Notes under the pieces: generated by a model
Databases searched by the model: none
Seen by the model: the letters and a program-made list of their open reading frames with translations, nothing else
What the model was told of the DNA's origin: nothing
Position numbers and translations under genes: made by a program
Assembly (NCBI GenBank): GCA_965603825.1
Contig: CBFDEM010000003.1
Coordinates: 511,709 to 575,708, forward strand
Direction of reading: 5' to 3'
Source: Blepharisma stoltei ATCC 30299
Lineage: Eukaryota; Protista; Ciliophora
Length of the DNA stretch: 64,000 nucleotides
Shown: positions 61,750 through 64,000 of the stretch, one piece after another
Numbering within the stretch: the stretch's first letter is position 1
Layout of the letters: each line of letters begins with the position of its first letter

Positions 61750-63057
61750 ATGTTTAGTGGTCGGTGCTTTAAAGAGAATTGCCAAAATAAGCTCTGTGCA
61801 AAATGTGATTGTGAAGAAAAGGTTTTACTTTGCAAGGAGCATATTATAGAACATGTTTTAAAGCCTTCTTCCAAAAGACATCAATGCATACAGCTCTATT
61901 TCAGACCATCAGAAGAAACTAGGCATCTAGTTATTCAAAAACTTAGAGAACTCAAAAAAGATATTCAAGCTTATAAAAAAGAAGAGACAGCTAATACAGG
62001 TGAAATTATAAAAAACCTAAAAGTTGCCTTTTGGAAACATCTAGAAAAAATCAATGAGATTGAAATGAGATGCAGCAAAATGATTGAAGGGCTTCTTAAT
62101 GAAGAAGAGTTTTTAGACGTTGCAAATGAAGATGATATGGAAAGTGTGCTCAAACTTGATGCTCAGAAAGCAAGCATAAAAATGATAGGATGAAATGTTA
62201 ATTGCTGCCGTTTGGATTATAAAGAAATTCAGGCAAATATAACCAAAACTTATGAAATTCCTTTTAATCCTTTAACTCCTTTTGGAGGAGCTGTTGAAGA
62301 TGAAATTGAATCAAACGAATTATCATTTTTTAGAAGCAATACTTCTAATTTTTCTACTATAAACTTGGATAGCTTCCAAATTTCCTCTACAACCACGCTT
62401 ACAACTCAAGAAACAATTCAATATTACATTTCATGTTGCATACTCCCTGACAAAACTTATTTTTATTGCAATCCAAACTCAGGCTCTGGAATAACTTTTA
62501 CAATTGACAAGAATAGAAACGTCAAACAATTGCAAAAATCAAAAAGCATCTCATATCTTGATCCTATTTTTTACAATAACTATATATACTTACTAGGAGG
62601 AAATAATAAAGTAGCTGAAAGATACGATTTTAAGCAAAATCTCTGACAAAGCATTTCTCCGCCACCTCAAGACTTGAATTATAATTATGGTTGTAATGCA
62701 TTATTTGGAGATTCAATTCTTATAACTGGTAAGTATCTCCAAAAAATTATAAGTTACAGTATTACTCAAAATAATTATAAAGATGTTCCTCGTTTATTGC
62801 TTAATAGTAGCTATAAATCTATGTTGAGAGGAAACAATAGAATCTATTTATTTGAAAGAGGAGAGAGGATTTTTGAAAGCTTCGAAAATGATATTTCAAA
62901 TTGGGCACATATTGGTAATAACACTTTGCCGGGTAATTCTCATCGTCAATCAGTTGTGGTCCGCTATAAGGGCAACCTTTATTTCGTCGATTTTGACAGC
63001 CAAATATGGAAATTTGATCTATCTACAAAGCAAGCATCTCAGGTAAAATCTGTTTAA
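61750..63057 (+). CDS. Zn-finger / coiled-coil / Kelch-like protein, divergent paralog (435 aa)
   Basis: CFKENCQNKLCAKCDC...LCKEHIIEH...H; IYLLGGNNKVAERYD; three track ORFs in one frame via TGA; TAA 63057. Confidence 0.88.
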
Positions 63058-63931
63058 AATAAAATATTTTTAAGATTTCGTCATCATTTTTTTGCCGCTT
63101 AAACAAATTATTGTTCTGAATATTTTTATAAAATTTGCGTGATTTTTAATTAATAGGAAGAGATGATAGGCATGCATTGATTATTATTTCGATTACTTTC
63201 TGTCATTCGGATATCACTTTGATTCAACTTTATCAATAAGCTTCTAAAAATTTTAATTTTTCTTTATAACTATAATATGATACGTTTTGAGCTTACAATA
63301 AGAATCCTTTAAATAATATAGAAATAGATCAATATTTTATCTCAATAATGAAACCTAAACAACTCTTTACAAGCAAGATATGACTAGTTAATTCTCTCAT
63401 TTAGCACAGTAAATAGCACTCATTTTTATTTAAGTTTATTCAGGTACTAACAAAACTCTAACATTTTGTAGCCCGAACCAAAAATCAACCCTTGAATTCA
63501 TATCAAATAATTTAAATAATTGTCTTATTTAAGAGAGATCAAATTTAAAAGTATTGAAGACACACTAATTAAAAAAATCTTGAGACTAATGCTCTAGAGC
63601 TGCAAAATCCATATGAACTTGTATTTATTTGATAATAATTAAACAGCTCAAAACAGTGCTTTATCCGATTATATATTTTTTGCGCGCTTTCAGCATATCC
63701 TGTTGAAATGATAAAATGTAGAGTGCAAATATGAGCCCACGCTGCAATGTCGAGCGCTGTTCACTAATCTAATTCTAACAAGCTCTATATACTTGATATC
63801 TCTCAAAAAAAGTTTGCATAAACAGATATTTAATTTAATAAAAAAGCTGTTCTTAATCTCATATATTTTTATTTTGAAAAGCCTAATAAATAAATAAATA
63901 AATAGATAGAAGAGATTAAAAGTAGCTTGAA

Positions 63932-64000
63932 TGTTAAGGTGTTAGGGTGTTAGGGTGTTAGGGTGTTAGGGTGTTAGGGTGTTAGGGTGTTAGGGTGTTA
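63932..64000 (+). repeat. Telomere (TGTTAGGG)n / (CCCTAACA)n
   Basis: One variant unit TGTTAAGG (63932-63939), then about 7.6 perfect TGTTAGGG units running to the end of the sequence. Confidence 0.97.

Noticed and set aside
3137-63057. Widespread pseudogenisation or selenoproteins suggested by fragmented ORFs
   Set aside because: Breaks are almost all in-frame TGA aligning to Trp in paralogs and conserved motifs, not to catalytic Cys; this is a code reassignment.
1-64000. tRNA/rRNA genes, intact transposases, tiny spliceosomal introns
   Set aside because: None recognised. All reconstructed genes read through without needing introns, although stop-free 15-nt in-frame introns cannot be excluded without RNA data.

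Overview
This is not prokaryotic DNA. It is an AT-rich, gene-dense end of a ciliate macronuclear chromosome, ending in (TGTTAGGG)n = (CCCTAACA)n telomeric repeats. The genes only make sense if UGA is read as Trp, with UAA/UAG as stops; paralog alignments put TGA opposite TGG many times. Code plus telomere point to the heterotrich Blepharisma (inference). Re-read in that code, the fragmented ORF track collapses into about 33 apparently intronless genes. These include a 5'-truncated hyper-acidic repeat protein, a ~2050-aa uncharacterised protein interrupted by an 88-bp TA-bounded IES-like insert, and tandem NRF-6/acyltransferase-3, mitochondrial-carrier, monoglyceride-lipase, Cys-rich GPI surface-protein and Zn-finger/coiled-coil/Kelch paralogs. 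Single-copy genes include a Rieske sterol 7-desaturase, a TTP-like CCCH protein, ArfGAP, a methyltransferase, anoctamin, a cyclin and FEN1. The most notable items are an otubain-DUB + RBR-E3 fusion, a FEN1 with a ~110-aa helical-arch insertion, a minimal STX17-like SNARE, a stand-alone Sin1-CRIM protein, two IES-like insertions, a decayed bacterial-type AAA-ATPase-like gene, and several predicted pseudoenzymes. Family calls come from motif recognition by eye; no searches were run.
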